Source: Nemertoderma westbladi (Eukaryota; Animalia; Xenacoelomorpha). Taken from it: 64,000 nt of DNA. Where the stretch lies: the NCBI GenBank assembly GCA_032718475.1, contig JAUCBJ010004127.1, positions 1 through 64,000 of the forward strand. Reading direction: 5' to 3'. The number at the start of each line of letters is the position of its first letter. The first letter of the stretch is position 1. A program made the translations under genes and the position numbers. Shown in pieces: positions 37,375 to 52,009 of the stretch. The notes under the pieces are model-generated. The model made no database searches. It was not told the DNA's origin and worked only from the letters and a program-made list of their open reading frames with translations.

Positions 37375-40320
37375 TCACATATAGTTATATACAATCACAT
37401 ATAGTTCAATTATTAATACAGCAAATAAGCACAGGGAATAGGAGCACAAATAGTATTTAGTTCGACATAAGTTATGTATTTGCAAGTATGGGTATTGGCG
37501 GGCATGCGGCACATTGTAGAACATCGCTGTGTGAAATATCGCTGTCGCTGATATCGAGATATCGCTATCGTGAAAGTGTGTGGAAAGGCTTTTCGTTTGT
37601 ATAGAGTTTATGGTGAAAACCGCGAGCGGTCGTCCTGGCAATGATGTGTCGGTTTGTCTGTTTGGCCAGTTTCCATGTAGATGTAGTAAATGCCTGTCCC
37701 ATTTCGTAGAGTTCAGAAAGAAAATTGTTTTCTCGGTCCTGTCTAAATTCATGGAATTTTTCAAGTACACCAGTCACCAGTGTCAAAAATGGTTGGATAT
37801 TTTAGTAAAATGTCAGAAATGAATGTTTTCTCCCTGAGTAGGTGCAGCGCCAACGTCGATGAAGCTGATATATGTAGACCCAGCATTCTCTTTATGTGTG
37901 TTGTTTTAATTAGGGCTCTTTCCTTTAGGTGTGATAGCTTAAGAAAACGAGCGAATATTGGAAAGGCATATAGGGCAATGGGGGCAATTTTCATGTGAAA
38001 TATTCTTAGACCTGTTTCAATGGAAACGAGCTGCAAGTTTTTTATTGATGCAATAATCCTATAGCACTTTTTCTTTTTCGATTTTATTTGTTCACTGAAG
38101 CTGAGTGAAGTTTGTACTATTACCCCCAGATATTCATACTGGTTCAGATTGGTACGGTTTGACCCCTGCAAGTAAAGTTATCAGTGCAAGCTACTGTAGG
38201 TGCCCTCCTTTGCGAAATTTAATTATCTTTGTCTTGTCCATATTAATTTCCATATTAACTTCCATATTTTTGTTTATACACCAGGTGTGAGTTATGTCTA
38301 GAGCGTTTTCAATTGCCTGTTTGTCCGTTGAATAAAAAACAAGATCGTCCGAATAGAACAAGAACTTTAAGTGTGTAATTGCCTGACGTAACATAGTTGC
38401 CAAGTCAGCGATAAATATAATAAAACACGTGGGCGAAAAGCAGTCTCCCTGTAGTATGCCTTGGTACTGCATAATTTTGTCGGTGATGCAAAGCCCATCG
38501 AAAATATGAATATAGTTAAATTGTAATAAATCCTTGATCACGTCAAACAGTTTACCTTTGATGCCAAAGTCATAGATTTTCGACAGCAGAATCGCTCGGT
38601 GTACAAAATCAAAGGCTTTACGAAAATCAATGAAGCAGATGTATACTTTCCTATCCTCTCGGTTAGCTGGTTGTAAGGCTGTGGCTATGAATGTAAGTAA
38701 GATTTGTATGGCGTGGGAACAAGATCTGCTAGGTCGGAATCCGAACTGCTCGTCAAGAAAAAGTTGTGAAACAAACAAACCTACACGAGTATTGATTATG
38801 GAAGTAAACGTTTTTAACAGAACTGAAATCAAGGCGATTCCCCTACAGTTATTGGGGTTGTTTATTGCTCCGTTCCCTTTGTAAAGAATCATAATGAGGC
38901 TTTCATTCCAAAGAAGCGGTATCCGTCCTAAGTTGAGGCACGCGTTGTATAAAGTCACTAGTATCATTAGGGTAAACGGCATTGTTAATTTAAGATGCTC
39001 GTAGTAAATCCCATCTAAACCATTGGCTTTCCCATTAGCGGAATTATTAATGCTGGCTGTAATTTCATCTTCTGTTATAGGCGAGTTAATAAAATATGCG
39101 ATTAAAGTTTTGATAATGATGTATGGAGCAGCTTGCTTGATGCTGGAAGGATTTAAATGCGATTTGCATAAATCCATAAGATCCCCCGATGGACATCCCC
39201 TAGTTGGTTTGACAGCTGCCTCCGAGAAGCAGTAGTATAATTAGTGGTGATGTGAGACATCAGTGTATAGAGTTTCAGTCAGGAGCACAACATCTGCGTT
39301 GCCATAAAGTTCAGAGTCAGTCAGAGTGTCTGCTAAATATCGAAGTCCCTCCACATTCAAACACATACCTTTGTGCTCCGATCCTAGTCACTGTTGCTAA
39401 TATCCGTATTCCTTCGTGTATTTCCTCCATACGTGTTACCGGAACTCTCGCGTTGTTGAAGACGCAACTCCTTTCGGTCTTGTTCACTGAGTCGATAGTT
39501 GCGGATAGTGATTCCGGTCATCCACAACACCGGGTTCATGACTTCCTCGCGATTTTTCTGGTTACATATGATATGAAAGCTCTTGAACATCGAGGTGCCA
39601 TCCTTCAGTGTTAGCTCGTTGACATCCTCAAAAGTAATATTTTCACCCCTGAAGAAACCGGCAATATCTTCCTTCGTTGTTTCATTGTGTAAGCGGCTGA
39701 TGTGAATGTGAGCTCATCCACCATTTGCGGGTTCCACTGGTGCTGCAGCGTGGAGAAGGCCATCCGCCCTACTTCCCCGAACTAAAGGCCGTGGTTGGTA
39801 TACTGACTGGTGGATATCGTTTGCGTGTGCGAATTGGTGGTGTTGTTTGGTGGAGTTTGACATGTAGTTGGAGTTTCCAACTGAACTTTGGCATCGATCC
39901 GAGTCCGAGGCAGCAGCAACGGACGCAGGGGTGCACCATGCAGCGTCGCGGCCACGAGAGTCCGCCCCGGCGTTTCCACTTCCCCGAACAGCGTTGCTGT
40001 AAGGACGGCGAGTGGGATATACGGATGGCAGGTGTGCGGTGCGTTTCCTTGTGGTTGGTGTCGGCTGTCACCATCCCTAAGAAACTCTAGCAGCTCATTC
40101 TTTGCTGCCAGCGTTTCCTTGCGAGCATCGGCAACATCCTTCCTCATTTCGGCCAGATCACCTAATGAGGCTGTGTACAATGAACCTAGCGCCATAAGCC
40201 AGTCCATTAACTGTTTCTCGTCATCGTTTGATGTACTTTTCTTGTGGCGGATTGTTCTAATAATAGACAGAATGTTGTTCTGGATTGCAGTAAAGCTGTC
40301 AGATTCAGATTTTCATGGCG
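37375..40320 (-). mobile_element. Degenerate LINE (L2/Crack/Daphne-like): ORF1 remnant, partial endonuclease, RT
   Basis: RT motifs QFGFRP, FIDFRKAFD, LQGDCFSP, YSDD, YEYLGV; endonuclease start DVVLLTET; ORF1-like HISRLH...SFHI...NPVLW.TGITIR. Confidence 0.8.
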
Positions 40321-40689
40321 TTATTTATCGGTAGAGGCAATCAATACATAACCAATGCTAAAAGCTCAACGCCTAACTGGTAAATGCAGGTTGTACTGTA
40401 ATTGGGCAAGTGTAATTGTAAATTAACAATTATTAGTTCTCTGAAAGCCATTGAAAGTGCGGATTATCTCATAAAAGTAATGAATGATGCATGCTGCAGC
40501 AATGCAGCATGATGCCGATTGTAGATAGATTATTTATTATCATACTGAAATACACAAATGCACAAAGTCCAGAGGAACGCCTCTGGATCTGATAATAACT
40601 ACACACAATAATAAATAGTATGTAAAAAAAACAACTAGATAGATTTACATATTTTCAATAATAATTATTATATATTCAGACAATTTTTA

Positions 40690-41404
40690 ATGATGAGTCG
40701 AAAAGTGATACGGATTTGTGTTACAATTATTATTACCATTGTAATCTTAAACTTTTCGCATGATGTAATGGTGATAGTTGATGACAGAGCACCTCTTCGA
40801 AGTAGGATAATTAAACTTTCAATGGAGAAAAACCAAACCTTATTAAACAATGAAAAAGTGTACACTACAAATTCTACGAAACAACCAGTTGATAGATTTA
40901 TTATAGAGAATCCCAGGGCGTGCCATAATATTACAAACGGTAACCCAAGTTTTATTATCCTTCAACTTATAAAAACGCGACCGTCATCTACAGAAAAACG
41001 ACTCGCTATTCGCGAAACATATGCAACAAGAAAAGTAATCAATGGTACCAACATAAAGCACTTGTTTGTATTGGGTTATCAGCCAGAATTTCAACAAAAA
41101 ATTATAAATGAAAATTTCATATATGGTGATATAGTGATATTTCATTTCGAGTGATCTACTTTTTCCTCTACTAATTCTCGTCCCATTTCATCCATTAATA
41201 TCTGTGGACGACGCTTATACTGGGATTCTAATGGCTTCCATTCTGATTGAACCCACATACATTCGTAACATAGACGTTTTTGGTGAAATGAGTCATACAT
41301 TTAATGCCTCAGTTTGGGATAGAGTTATTGCGACCCATAGCTACTCAACCCAAAACTTTAAATTATATTGGAAGTGGTTGTTGGAGGGTTACGCTAAGGA
41401 CTGA
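40690..41404 (+). pseudogene. Beta-1,3-galactosyltransferase (GT31) pseudogene, central domain deleted
   Basis: N-terminal TM anchor, KRLAIRETY, LFVLG, ENFIYGDIV; then out-of-frame junction at ~41150 to SDLL...ISVDDAYTG...IATH. Confidence 0.8.
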
Positions 41405-42417
41405 TTAATGCAAATCACCAACAAAGATCTTTGGGATCGCGATTATCATCAGTAATGAGCAATGGATGATCAGTGATCATTTAAATTGAAAGAGTACATC
41501 ATTATCTTACAGTATTTTCAGGATGTATGAATGTATAGCCTGAGATAAATAACTGATCTCTTCATACTACAAAATAAAACAGTATGGTTTTGCAGTGCTT
41601 TTCCAACAATTCCTACAGTAGGCCTATGGTACTATAGTTATCATTAGTCTGTAGTTATCATTAAGGTATTAATAACAATTAATATTCATTATCATTAATT
41701 AATAATTAAGGTACCTTGAAATGTACGGTTGAGGCTATTGTAATCTATTTATGTGAAGGGAATTCAATAACACAACAATTAAATATGGATTGAAAATAAC
41801 TTGTCGTTGAAAATAATAATCAATATTCCACTCTTGATTTAGGCTTTTCAATGGAGGAATGCAAGTTCTCAACCAGTTCCACAGGTTGATCTTCTACAGC
41901 ACATCCTTCCATCCAGTTTCCCAAGTTCCATTATTCGTTTTATACCACATGTCACCACTACACAGATTTTTCAGATTTAGTGGGGAAAACACGGGACCGG
42001 AGGCGACCCAAAGCCCCCCCCCCCCCCCTGATCCCTTAGCTGTTACCAATGTGGAATGGGTGGGGGGGGGGGGGGGGGAGTGAACACTAACTCCCAAGGA
42101 TAAACACTCCATAGCCCTCCAACCATTTCGTTACTCCCCAATCCTCAGGCCGAAACCGGAATGTCTAAAATGCAGTGCCTATTCTAAGGAAGGGGGGGGG
42201 GGGGGGGGGGCGTAGCCAGTAATTCTGCGTGGAGGGGTGGAAAATCCCTATCATGTGGGGGAAAATTTTTAATGATCCTACAGTAAGGTTATACATAACA
42301 AATTTAACTTATTTAATTCCAAAACTCTGCAAACCATAGCAACATTAAATAATGTTTCTAGTGACGGGCCTAGCGGCCCGATAAGGAACCAACTTTCTAT
42401 TTAAAATAAGAGACAAC

Positions 42418-42750
42418 GAGCTCGGCTCGGTCTGGCACGATTGTGCTCGATTCAGTTCGACTTGGCTTGATCGGCTCGGTTTGGCTCGATTGGGCTCGAC
42501 TCGGCTTGATTGGGCTCGACTCGGCTCTATTGGGCTCGACTCGACTCGATTGGGCTTGACTCGGCTTAGTCTGGCTCGACTCTGCTTGATTGGGCTCAAC
42601 TTGGCTCCGTCCGGCTCGACTCGGCTCGATTGAACTCGACTCGGCTTGATTGGGCTCGACTCGACTCAGTCCGGCTCAATTTGGCGTGACACGGTTCGAC
42701 TCGGCTCGATTGAGCTCGGCTCGGCTCGGTCTGACTCGACTCAGCTGAGT
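42418..42750. repeat. Pentameric (CTCGR/CTTGR)n simple repeat
   Basis: ctcggctcgactcgattggg... 5-bp periodicity. Confidence 0.85.
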
Positions 42751-43259
42751 CTGGTGGTGCAACTGTTGTACTGTAATACAGTAATAAAGCCTGTTGACCA
42801 GCAATTTGGCCGAAAACGACTACAGAATAGCCCAATTTGACCACAAATATGCATCCACAAAGGGCATATACAGGCATCTGGGCTGAGCATATGCATAAAA
42901 GTATTATACAGTATATAAAAATGTAGCTTCGAGATAATGACGGTTCACGTTCACACGTGCTTAGACCGATATGCATCACGTAGACGTACAAGATAAGCCC
43001 CAATGTGTAGTGCAGTAGCGCAGCTGCAGACTGAACTGCTAGGCCTACCACGAGCCCCACATCAGCGACCATGAATTAAGCTTTCACGCAAACAAACGTG
43101 TAAAATAAAACCCTGAGACAGTGACAACTGTTTGCATCGTGTTAATACGCATCGAATGAGCCATAAAGCAAGGAATGAGAGCGAAATCTGACGACGTGTA
43201 TCGATGGACATACATATGTACAAACTGAGCAGATTTATATATATTATTACAGTAGATAG

Positions 43260-43299
43260 ACTAGAAAGCCAGTGGCCCTTCGGGCCACGGCTTTCTAGT
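43260..43299. other. Palindromic hairpin resembling a Helitron 3' end
   Basis: ACTAGAAAGCC-a-GTGGCCC-ttc-GGGCCAC-GGCTTTCTAGT, ending CTAG|T. Confidence 0.45.
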
Positions 43300-45481
43300 T
43301 CACAAGCCTATTCAGCATTCCAAACATTAATTAATTAATTAATCACTTCCAAAGGATTACAAATTGTAAAAATATGGAAGAAGGTTAAACTGTAGAACTG
43401 CAGGTCGTTACCATCCTCGTAAACACAACCTACTGTATAGTTTAGGGACTGCCAATAATCAAAATGGGAGAAGGATTTCACTTTCAGACAATTCGTCCCC
43501 TATAGTCGCGGAATGGAAAACTGTGGACTGGTCAACGTCCTTCACAAAGATGTAGCCTTATGATGTACATACATTAGTACAGTAGACCTCTGACAATTAG
43601 CAACCTAAAAGCATTTTTAATAAGTAGCTGTAGGCCTAACTACCTAACCACCCGAACCGGTACTTACCGGTACTAGTATTATTTCAATTGTGATATTGTA
43701 TATTGGTAGGCTGTTTAAGAGAGTAGGGACTGTACAGTGTACACCCCTTATTTCTTTTGGAGCTTATTTATTTCTGTCAGTTTTATTTATCTGTAAGTGT
43801 AATATTGAGCAGAAGGCGTGTAAGCCCGCTCAAATTGTACAAATAATTTGTAGGCTGGATTGTTGTCTGGCTGTTGTTAGGTCTGAAGCGATTGCAGTGT
43901 GTGTAGAGTGTATGTCCGATAAAGTACTAGTTAGGAAGGTGGGGGCATCCAGTGTTGTAAGGTAAATCCCCCCCGAAAGAATAAGTCGTACTACTCGGTT
44001 AGAACGCCTACTAACTAACCATTTCGGAGTCTGCATATACTGTGGTTTATTTAGGCTTGATAGTAGTCTGCCATCATTTGGTTTGTATTTTGTTTGTGTA
44101 GTCTGTACGGGTAGCGTAATATTTATTATTCAGAGTTTATGCGATTATTCGCAACCTACATAAATTCCCCAAGTTTATTCCTACAGTAATTGTGCTTGTT
44201 ATACATACCGTTATAGTTAAATTAACCCTGGTACTACATCATGGCTGTTCGGCGTAGGTAAAGACTGGAGATTTTATACTTTGGTCACTCCGGCAGATAC
44301 CGTGGTTCTTTTAGCTGTACAAGTATATTTAACTGCTAGTTATTTGTTGTATAAGTACTTGTACCTAATTTAGGGTTTAGTGTACAGTGCTTTCCGAAGG
44401 TAATTAGTGTGTAGGCAGTATATTTGTGTTGTAAAGTGGTTAATAGGCACGTTGGCTCTGGTTGGCTGCGGTAATTAACTTCTAGGTAGGAACACTCTGG
44501 GTACATAACGTAGTACTTATAGAGCTGTAAAGCTAGAGACTATAAGTCGTCAGACGGTGGTATTTTCCTATCTGGACAACGCAATATATTTACTACTGCT
44601 TTATTATTTTCAAATACCGTAGTATCCTGTCCGTTTGTAATAACCAGAAATTCTAACCCCTTGTTAGGCTGGTTTGTAGATTTCTTGTAAAATTACCCTA
44701 AAATTTGTACGTGTAACTTTTGTGTTTATTTAGAGATTGTAATCTCACCCCGTAATTGTACGTAATTTGTAGTAATAAGTAACTTAGTAAATTAGAATTA
44801 TTTGTTTTAGTGTCCAATACAATAAGTAGCACTCCACTGAGAGCGTCTAGCTTCTGTGTAGTGACTCCTTACCTAGAAATAATAACATTTATTTCAAAAT
44901 TGACAAAAACCCATTAAAGGGTATATATATTATAAATCAACTCAAACCGATTTATAAAATAGTAGGCCTGTCATACAACAATTAGGTCTTAATATCAGTT
45001 GGACTACTGCTTAAATAACGGTAATAAAGTAAAGTAAAGTAACCAAGTAACGCCTAAAATTCAGAAATTCAATTATTCTAAAATAATTGACATACCGGTA
45101 TTTACGATAGGCTTATTATATTTATTTCTATAAATTTGAGCTGAAATTATATACCGGTATTCTGTAATTAATTCTAGTCTATAATTATACTTATATACTA
45201 TAAGTGTAAGTTGTATACCGGTATTCACGATAGGCTTATTATATATTTATATATATTTGTGCTGAAATTATATACTGGTATTCTGTGACAAACCTAGTCT
45301 GTAATAATACTTATATATATACTATAAGTGTATACCGGTATTCTAATATATTGTGTATATATATCACGTTACACTGAGTAACGATATCGGTAATTAATTA
45401 CTAGGCTTATAGTTGATACTGAATTACTAGACTTGCTTTAACTGTAGTTCTAGCAGTAGGCATTCAACTGTACAATCAAAC

Positions 45482-48400
45482 ATGTCTGACACAAAACAAA
45501 CACTGTCAGATAGTCTCTTAGAAAGTGCTAGAATGAGTGTTAGCCAGGGTCTTAAAAAGATCTGGGACTCAGCTAAGAGTATAGAACGTCTGAGACCAAA
45601 GTCCAAGTCCCCTCCTACTGTAAGCAAGGTCATCCCTACAGTAGTAGTGTCAGACCCTAGGCTAGTAGAACACCGTAGGTCTATCATAGGCACTCGGGCT
45701 CAAGTCAAGCGAGACCAAGAAGCAGCTGTTAAACAGCAGCAACACTCGAGCCGAGAACTTATTTCCCAGCGGCCCGATAGCTCCAGTAGTTCAGATACTG
45801 TAGAGTTGACACCCAAGCGCGGAGCAAAGATGGCAGAAACGGTTTATTCGGATCCACTTCTCATTCTTCCTGCAGCCGTACTCACTAGGGTATTGATTGC
45901 GGTGGAGGAACACCAAATCGATTGGGCGAGAAGTAAGCGATCGACCAAGGACAGTTATGCGGGATACACAAGGGAGGAACTGAAGTCTATTGTCGAGACG
46001 CAATGGAACTTTCCCGGACCCGGACTCCCGTTTAACTTATCGGAAGCTGCGTGGGAGGACTTATACAGGATGGGAGTGACTAAGGACACTAGTGATCCAG
46101 CTGTGTGGAAGAGGTCGGCAGCCGGATATGTACAGGGATTCTTCAGCTCTTTGGAGCGATTAGAGGAACAACTGTTTCAACAACCCCAAGGACCTCAAGA
46201 GCAGGGAGAGCTGCTTTATCAAGTTCGAGAAAGAATTCTAAGAATCAGACTAATCCTATCGGCCTTTGAGGAAGCTTCGAAAAGAAGACAAGACACGTCG
46301 TTGCAAGTTGCCGTAAAGACTTGGTTCCAGTGGGTGGGTCTCTAGGTTCAAGGAACGGCCCAGTGGAAATCTCAGCTGGCTGAGCGCTCAACCCATGGAG
46401 AATCAACAGACGCTACCTTTTCTCAAGTGGAAACGAAGCGACAGCAGAGAAACCGCAGAAGAAGGACGCTATTGACATCTATCTGTCAGACTATCAACGA
46501 TTTCTAGGTGATGAAGAGTTGAGGAGAAGGCTGGCTGGACTTCGTCCTAATAGTGAAGGAGCCAAGTTTGTGTTGGACGCAATAGATGCGGAAATGTTAG
46601 CTGCGAACCAAGCTAAATTTGATGAAAGCATCCGCATCGCTAGGGTCCAAGAAGAACAGGTAAAGAAAAAACGTATAGAAGACAGAAAGATAGCAGCAGC
46701 GGCAGCGGCAGAAGTGGAAAGGAAAGCGGCAATGGCAGCGGCAGAAGCGGAAAGAATAGCGGCAGAAGCAGAAAGAAAAGCGGCAGAAGTGGAAAGGACA
46801 GCGGCAATAGCAGCGGCATAAGTGGAAAGGAAAGCGGCAATGGCAGCGGCAGAAGCGGAAAGAAAAGCGGCAGAGGCAGTGGCAGAAGCAGAACGGAGAG
46901 CGTCTGAAGAGACCACCCAACTAGAGTTGGAAAATCTTCAAGAGAAGCAAGACTACATAAATAAACAGTTAACAGCTAGTCAAATGCAGATGATAAGTCG
47001 ATCTACTCCCAAGCGACAGGGCTTTACATCATCGGATGAAGGCGATACAACAGATCCTGAAGGCGGAGGAAATAGATCTCGTCCCAGCAGGCGTAGAAGA
47101 ATGCCTCACCGTCAGAAATTGCCTAATCTGCCCCCAGCTGTGAGAAGGCAACTAGCTAGCACAGACTTAGGTAGTACAGAACCCACAGACCAAATTATAA
47201 GAGTAAAAAGACTCCCTACTATAGTAGATGAGCCTGAAATAATTAGGCCTGTTCTCGAAGCCACCCCCTCTGTGATAGAGACCCCTGTACTTCCAGAACC
47301 CAACTCTAAATTCCCTTTGCACAGCACTAAACTACCTGTGCCCAACAGAACAGCCCCTGAGACAGTTCCTGTCCTGGACTCCGAGCGAGATATCAACGAT
47401 TTGTCGCCCGTTGTCCCTCGTCTACCCGCTACTATGTTGGCGGCTCCCGCTTCGGCGGTCGAGTGGGTGGATGAGGGACGGCGGGGGATGGATCTCCTGC
47501 TCGGGCAGATGCAGGAGACTGTTCAACAGTTCAAGGGAACAGTAAGGGAAAGTAGGTCAGAGTTGCAAGAAATGCAGCAGAGTATCGCGTTAGAACGCGA
47601 TAAATTAGTAAATACACAAAAGGGTATACCACCACCCCCTGTAACAATGTGTCAACCTGTTAGGTCTGAAGTATTTCATGCGCAAGGTGTGGAGCCTACA
47701 CGCATCTATACTGCTAGTGAAGTAGAAACTCCTATAGTAAACCCTATTAAGGGTAATTATAAACCTGTTGACAATGATATTCCATATAGACCTGATCATA
47801 ATCCGAGAAATTTATATACCGATAACTCGATATTAAATAACACGATGGCCCAAGAAAGTTTTACGCGTCAAATGGCTAGAACCGAAGCCCGTCAAGCGGT
47901 AAAGGTGGGAGAGATCGTCAAGTTCAATGGAGATGAGATGAAATGGTTACCTTTTAATGAATATTATAAAGATAACATACAGAACTCTGTGCTATCTAAT
48001 GGAGAGAAACTTAGATTCCTCATCGAGTGCTTGGAAGGATCTCCCAAGTTAATGGCGTTAAAGTTTATTGGACATCCAGATGGATTAAGACAAGTTTGGG
48101 ATACACTAAACATCAGGTATGGTAATAGGAATAACATAGCTAGGTATTTGTATGCAAAATTGGTAGCGCCCTGAAAGTTCCTTAGCAGCGGGATTATAGA
48201 GTTTTCCGATGAGATTCAGGAGATCTGTAGACAACTAGACTGGTTAGGTAAGTCTCATGAATACCAGAATTCTATGGTTGTAGAAGCCTTAGCATCAGCT
48301 TTGCCAAAGAGTGAAGTAGGTACTCGCTGGGACAAAAAGGTTCTCTATTTGATGGACCAACAACATAGAGATCCAACCATGACGGACCTTCTGTCATTCT

Positions 48401-50498
48401 TAAACCGAGAGGTAAGATTACAACTCCTAAAACAGTCTAGAGAGAAGACTCCTGAAAGTGAGGTAAGTGAAAATTCCGTTTCTAGGCGAAAGGTAACACC
48501 AGTGTGTGATACCGACGACGGCAAAAGCCAAACCTCCCACGAGGAGAACAGCGGGAAAGACACCGAAAGATCTTACTATGTCAACAACGCACCTAAAGAC
48601 GTAAGTAAATTTAAGTCTCGAACCAGTGACAGGAGAGAACAGACAACAAAAACTCCTCCCACGTCTCCTAAGAGAATTCATGGAAGAAAGCCCGAGGAGA
48701 GAACAAGTGTGCACAACACCACACAAGGTAAGGTAAGTAACATCAAGCCCAAATGTGTATTGTGTGACGGGCCCCATCACTTGAGTGGGTGTGATGAATT
48801 CTTAAAGAAATCCCTAAAGGATAGACGTGATGTCATGTGGGATAAGCGGTTGTGTTATAATTGTCTCAGACGAGGACACCAACGGCGGACCTGTTACTCA
48901 GATGCTAGGTGTGCTAAGTGCGGCGCGAAACATCATATCTTGCTGCACACAGAATTTGAAAGAACCCGCACGAGTCAGGTAAGTGAGCCCGAACTACATG
49001 TCCAATTCAGTGATGTGAACGACACTGACCTCAGTTCTGAGATGGAAGGATTCTACACGGATGAATTCTCCGACGAAAACGAATCCTGTTATCTAATAAA
49101 CACCGCAGTGTATCGAGCACTTACGTATGAGACTGAAACTGATAGTGAGTTCCCCCTAACTATTCCTGACCGACAACCATCTTGGAAAGCGCCAACTTCC
49201 AACGTAGGAATCCGGGAATTTCCCGTAGTGCAGTTGAGAGTCCACAGGTTAAAAAAGAGCTATATAGTGAACGCCCTCCTTGACTCCGGCAGCACAGGAA
49301 CATTCATCGACAAAGAACTAGCCGAAGACATCTTTGCTGGACAACCCAAGTTCCGAACTAAGTTGAACCTTTCAGGAATTATGCAGGTTTGGAAATCTAC
49401 AGTATCTACAGACTACTATGTAGGCACGTTGTCCACCCCCCAGGATGAACTAGGAGAACACAGTATAAGGTCAGTAAAAATGGTGGCGATAAAGAACTTC
49501 GCTACCAGCCAAGTGGAACCTTATAACTGGGATGAAGACGATTTCACCCAGCAGCATGAGATACCTAGATTCAACACCGACTACCCAGGGGTACAGATAC
49601 GCATCGGCCAAAATGCGCATGAGGCGCTTGAGACATTAGAGAAACGGCCTGCTCGAATGCAACCATTGCAAACCTATGCGGGAAGAACAAGAGTAGGTTG
49701 GTACTTCACTGGACCTTCCCGTAGGACACTCCTGGAAAGGCTACCCAAAGATCAGGTCCATCAGGAGAGTGAATGGGAGAAGAAGACATCAGTGAGGGAG
49801 AGACGACCACAACTGAGGGAACACCATACTCCTCAGATAATGACGATATTAACTCTAATGTAGATCAATGGAGACATTGCCCCGAGACGATTAATCTAGC
49901 CGACATCGCTTCCAGAGGAGCAACTCCTCAAGAACTGACAGATACTCCAGACTGGTTAGGTGGACCCGACTTCCTAAGTAAAGGAGATGAATGGCCTCCC
50001 CATCTCACCACGGCTGAGATTAGACAAGCCAAGGGAGCGGAGAAAGTCAAACCTAAAACCCGGACGAGTAAATCAAGGTTATTTAAGCCCGTGATAGATC
50101 TGTCTGTACTACACATTGCCAGGGACGACGCTGTGGATCTAAACTCCCCCACCGCGAACAGATCTGTTGTGGAGATCAGAGAGAGAGACTGGAGATCTGG
50201 AACACCAGACATCTCGCAGGGACTCTCACCTCTCCTGCCGGGAGCGATGGACCACTATAGCTCCTGGAATCGGCTTTGTAAGGCCGTCGTGTATTTGAAG
50301 CGATGTTTCTATCGTCACTATTCCAGGACGAAGAGGAAACCTGGAATTGTATTCGAAACACAACAACTCAATCGCCCAGTTGGTCGTTTATGTTTACTGG
50401 AAAGAGACCGAGAACTGTCCGGAAACTATGGAAGGCAAGATACTCTTCTCACGACCACCTCCCTAATCCAACAAACATCTAGGGACTCCCCAACGTAA
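45482..50498 (+). pseudogene. A3 gag-protease with stops/frameshifts plus pol remnants
   Basis: Cys-His boxes and ALLDSGS retained; deletion junctions at ~49855 and ~50335. Confidence 0.9.
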
Positions 50499-52009
50499 CA
50501 GCGTCTGGAGTGGGTGTGTGACTATATTATTTATATTTGTTTTTATTATTTTATATTTATGTATGTATTATTATGTAATTTTATTATAATCGTTTTCTTT
50601 AATTTTATTTAGTAGAATGTTATTTTAGCGATTATTTAGTAGCTTAGTGCAATACATATTAGTGTTTATTACTTACTTACTTATATTATATTATATATTT
50701 AGTGCAATGGCGAGAAATAATTCTTTTTCTCTTTCCTTACTGTCCGTATCATATTATAAATACGTGACTACAGTAAGATGAAATGTCCGTACTTATTAAA
50801 GTACAATAAAGCTCCTACTATATTCAAGTATTATTGGTAAGTAGAGTATTAGGAATGCAAAGTTCAGATCCTCGTGTCTCAGCTAAACCAAGCTCTGGGT
50901 AGACCTTGGAAACGACTTGCCTCTTCTTACTGACATTGCTTCTTGCGATATTGCTCTCATACCGTATATTAAATAATACATATAGTAGCGTGATGTCCCT
51001 TTAACAGTAGCGTAAAACGCAAAATAAATCTGTTAAACCCTTTGACCATCTGTAATTCTAGTCGATTAAGATATCGCGGCACCCACCGATATACTTGAAA
51101 GACAAATTTCTAGAATCAGTGGTTAATGTCCCCAGACAAGTTCTGGAATAAACCGGTGCCCATCTTAAATATTAACTATTAATATTTATAAAATCTGTCA
51201 AACAAATACAATAGAGTAAATACTTACAAGTTAACTCTAGAAAATCTATAAATTAAAATCTGTTAAATTTAGATCCTTTAAAATTCTAGTCGATTAAGAT
51301 TTCGTAGCACTTACCGATACTCTTAAAAGGACAAATTTCCTAGAATCAAGGATCCCAGTCCCCAGACATGCTCTGGAATAAAATTGTGCTTATTCCATAT
51401 TAAATAATAAAATTTACGGGAATAAATTTAAATTCATATCCTTTCATGAATTTGATAAATTGTCATTTTTATACAATTTATAACATTCCCAAAATTCCAT
51501 TAATTAATAGATCATGGGAGCGGAGATTCACCCTATTAAGTGTATTAGTGTGCGAGAATCTCCAATATATAGTCAATAGCCGATAAAATTCATAAAATCA
51601 TGTATAAAGGGGAATATTGACAATTAAAGAATTACTATTAAATAGCATCCCAGATCTGTATGCATGAGAATTACCTAATTCTACTACTAGCTTTCCATAA
51701 TGTCACCATAGCAACAACCACGCTAGAATTAGAAGCGAGTTAAAAGAGCAATAGAAAGCTTGCCCCATTGAATAGCATACGGAATAAATAGCACACCGCT
51801 AGTATCCAGGGATACATAATAATAACGTGGCATTCTGGAAGGCACTTGACTAACGGACAAATGGCCCGAATGTGTGCGGTTTGTGACAGTTATGTGGAAT
51901 TTGTGCGTTTATGGGTGAATGTTACTACTAAAGTGTGTTTACAGTAGCGAGTCGCAGTTGTGAAAGTAGCCCTACCTCTGCAGTAAGAACCTGAAGTAAA
52001 TCTGAAGTA

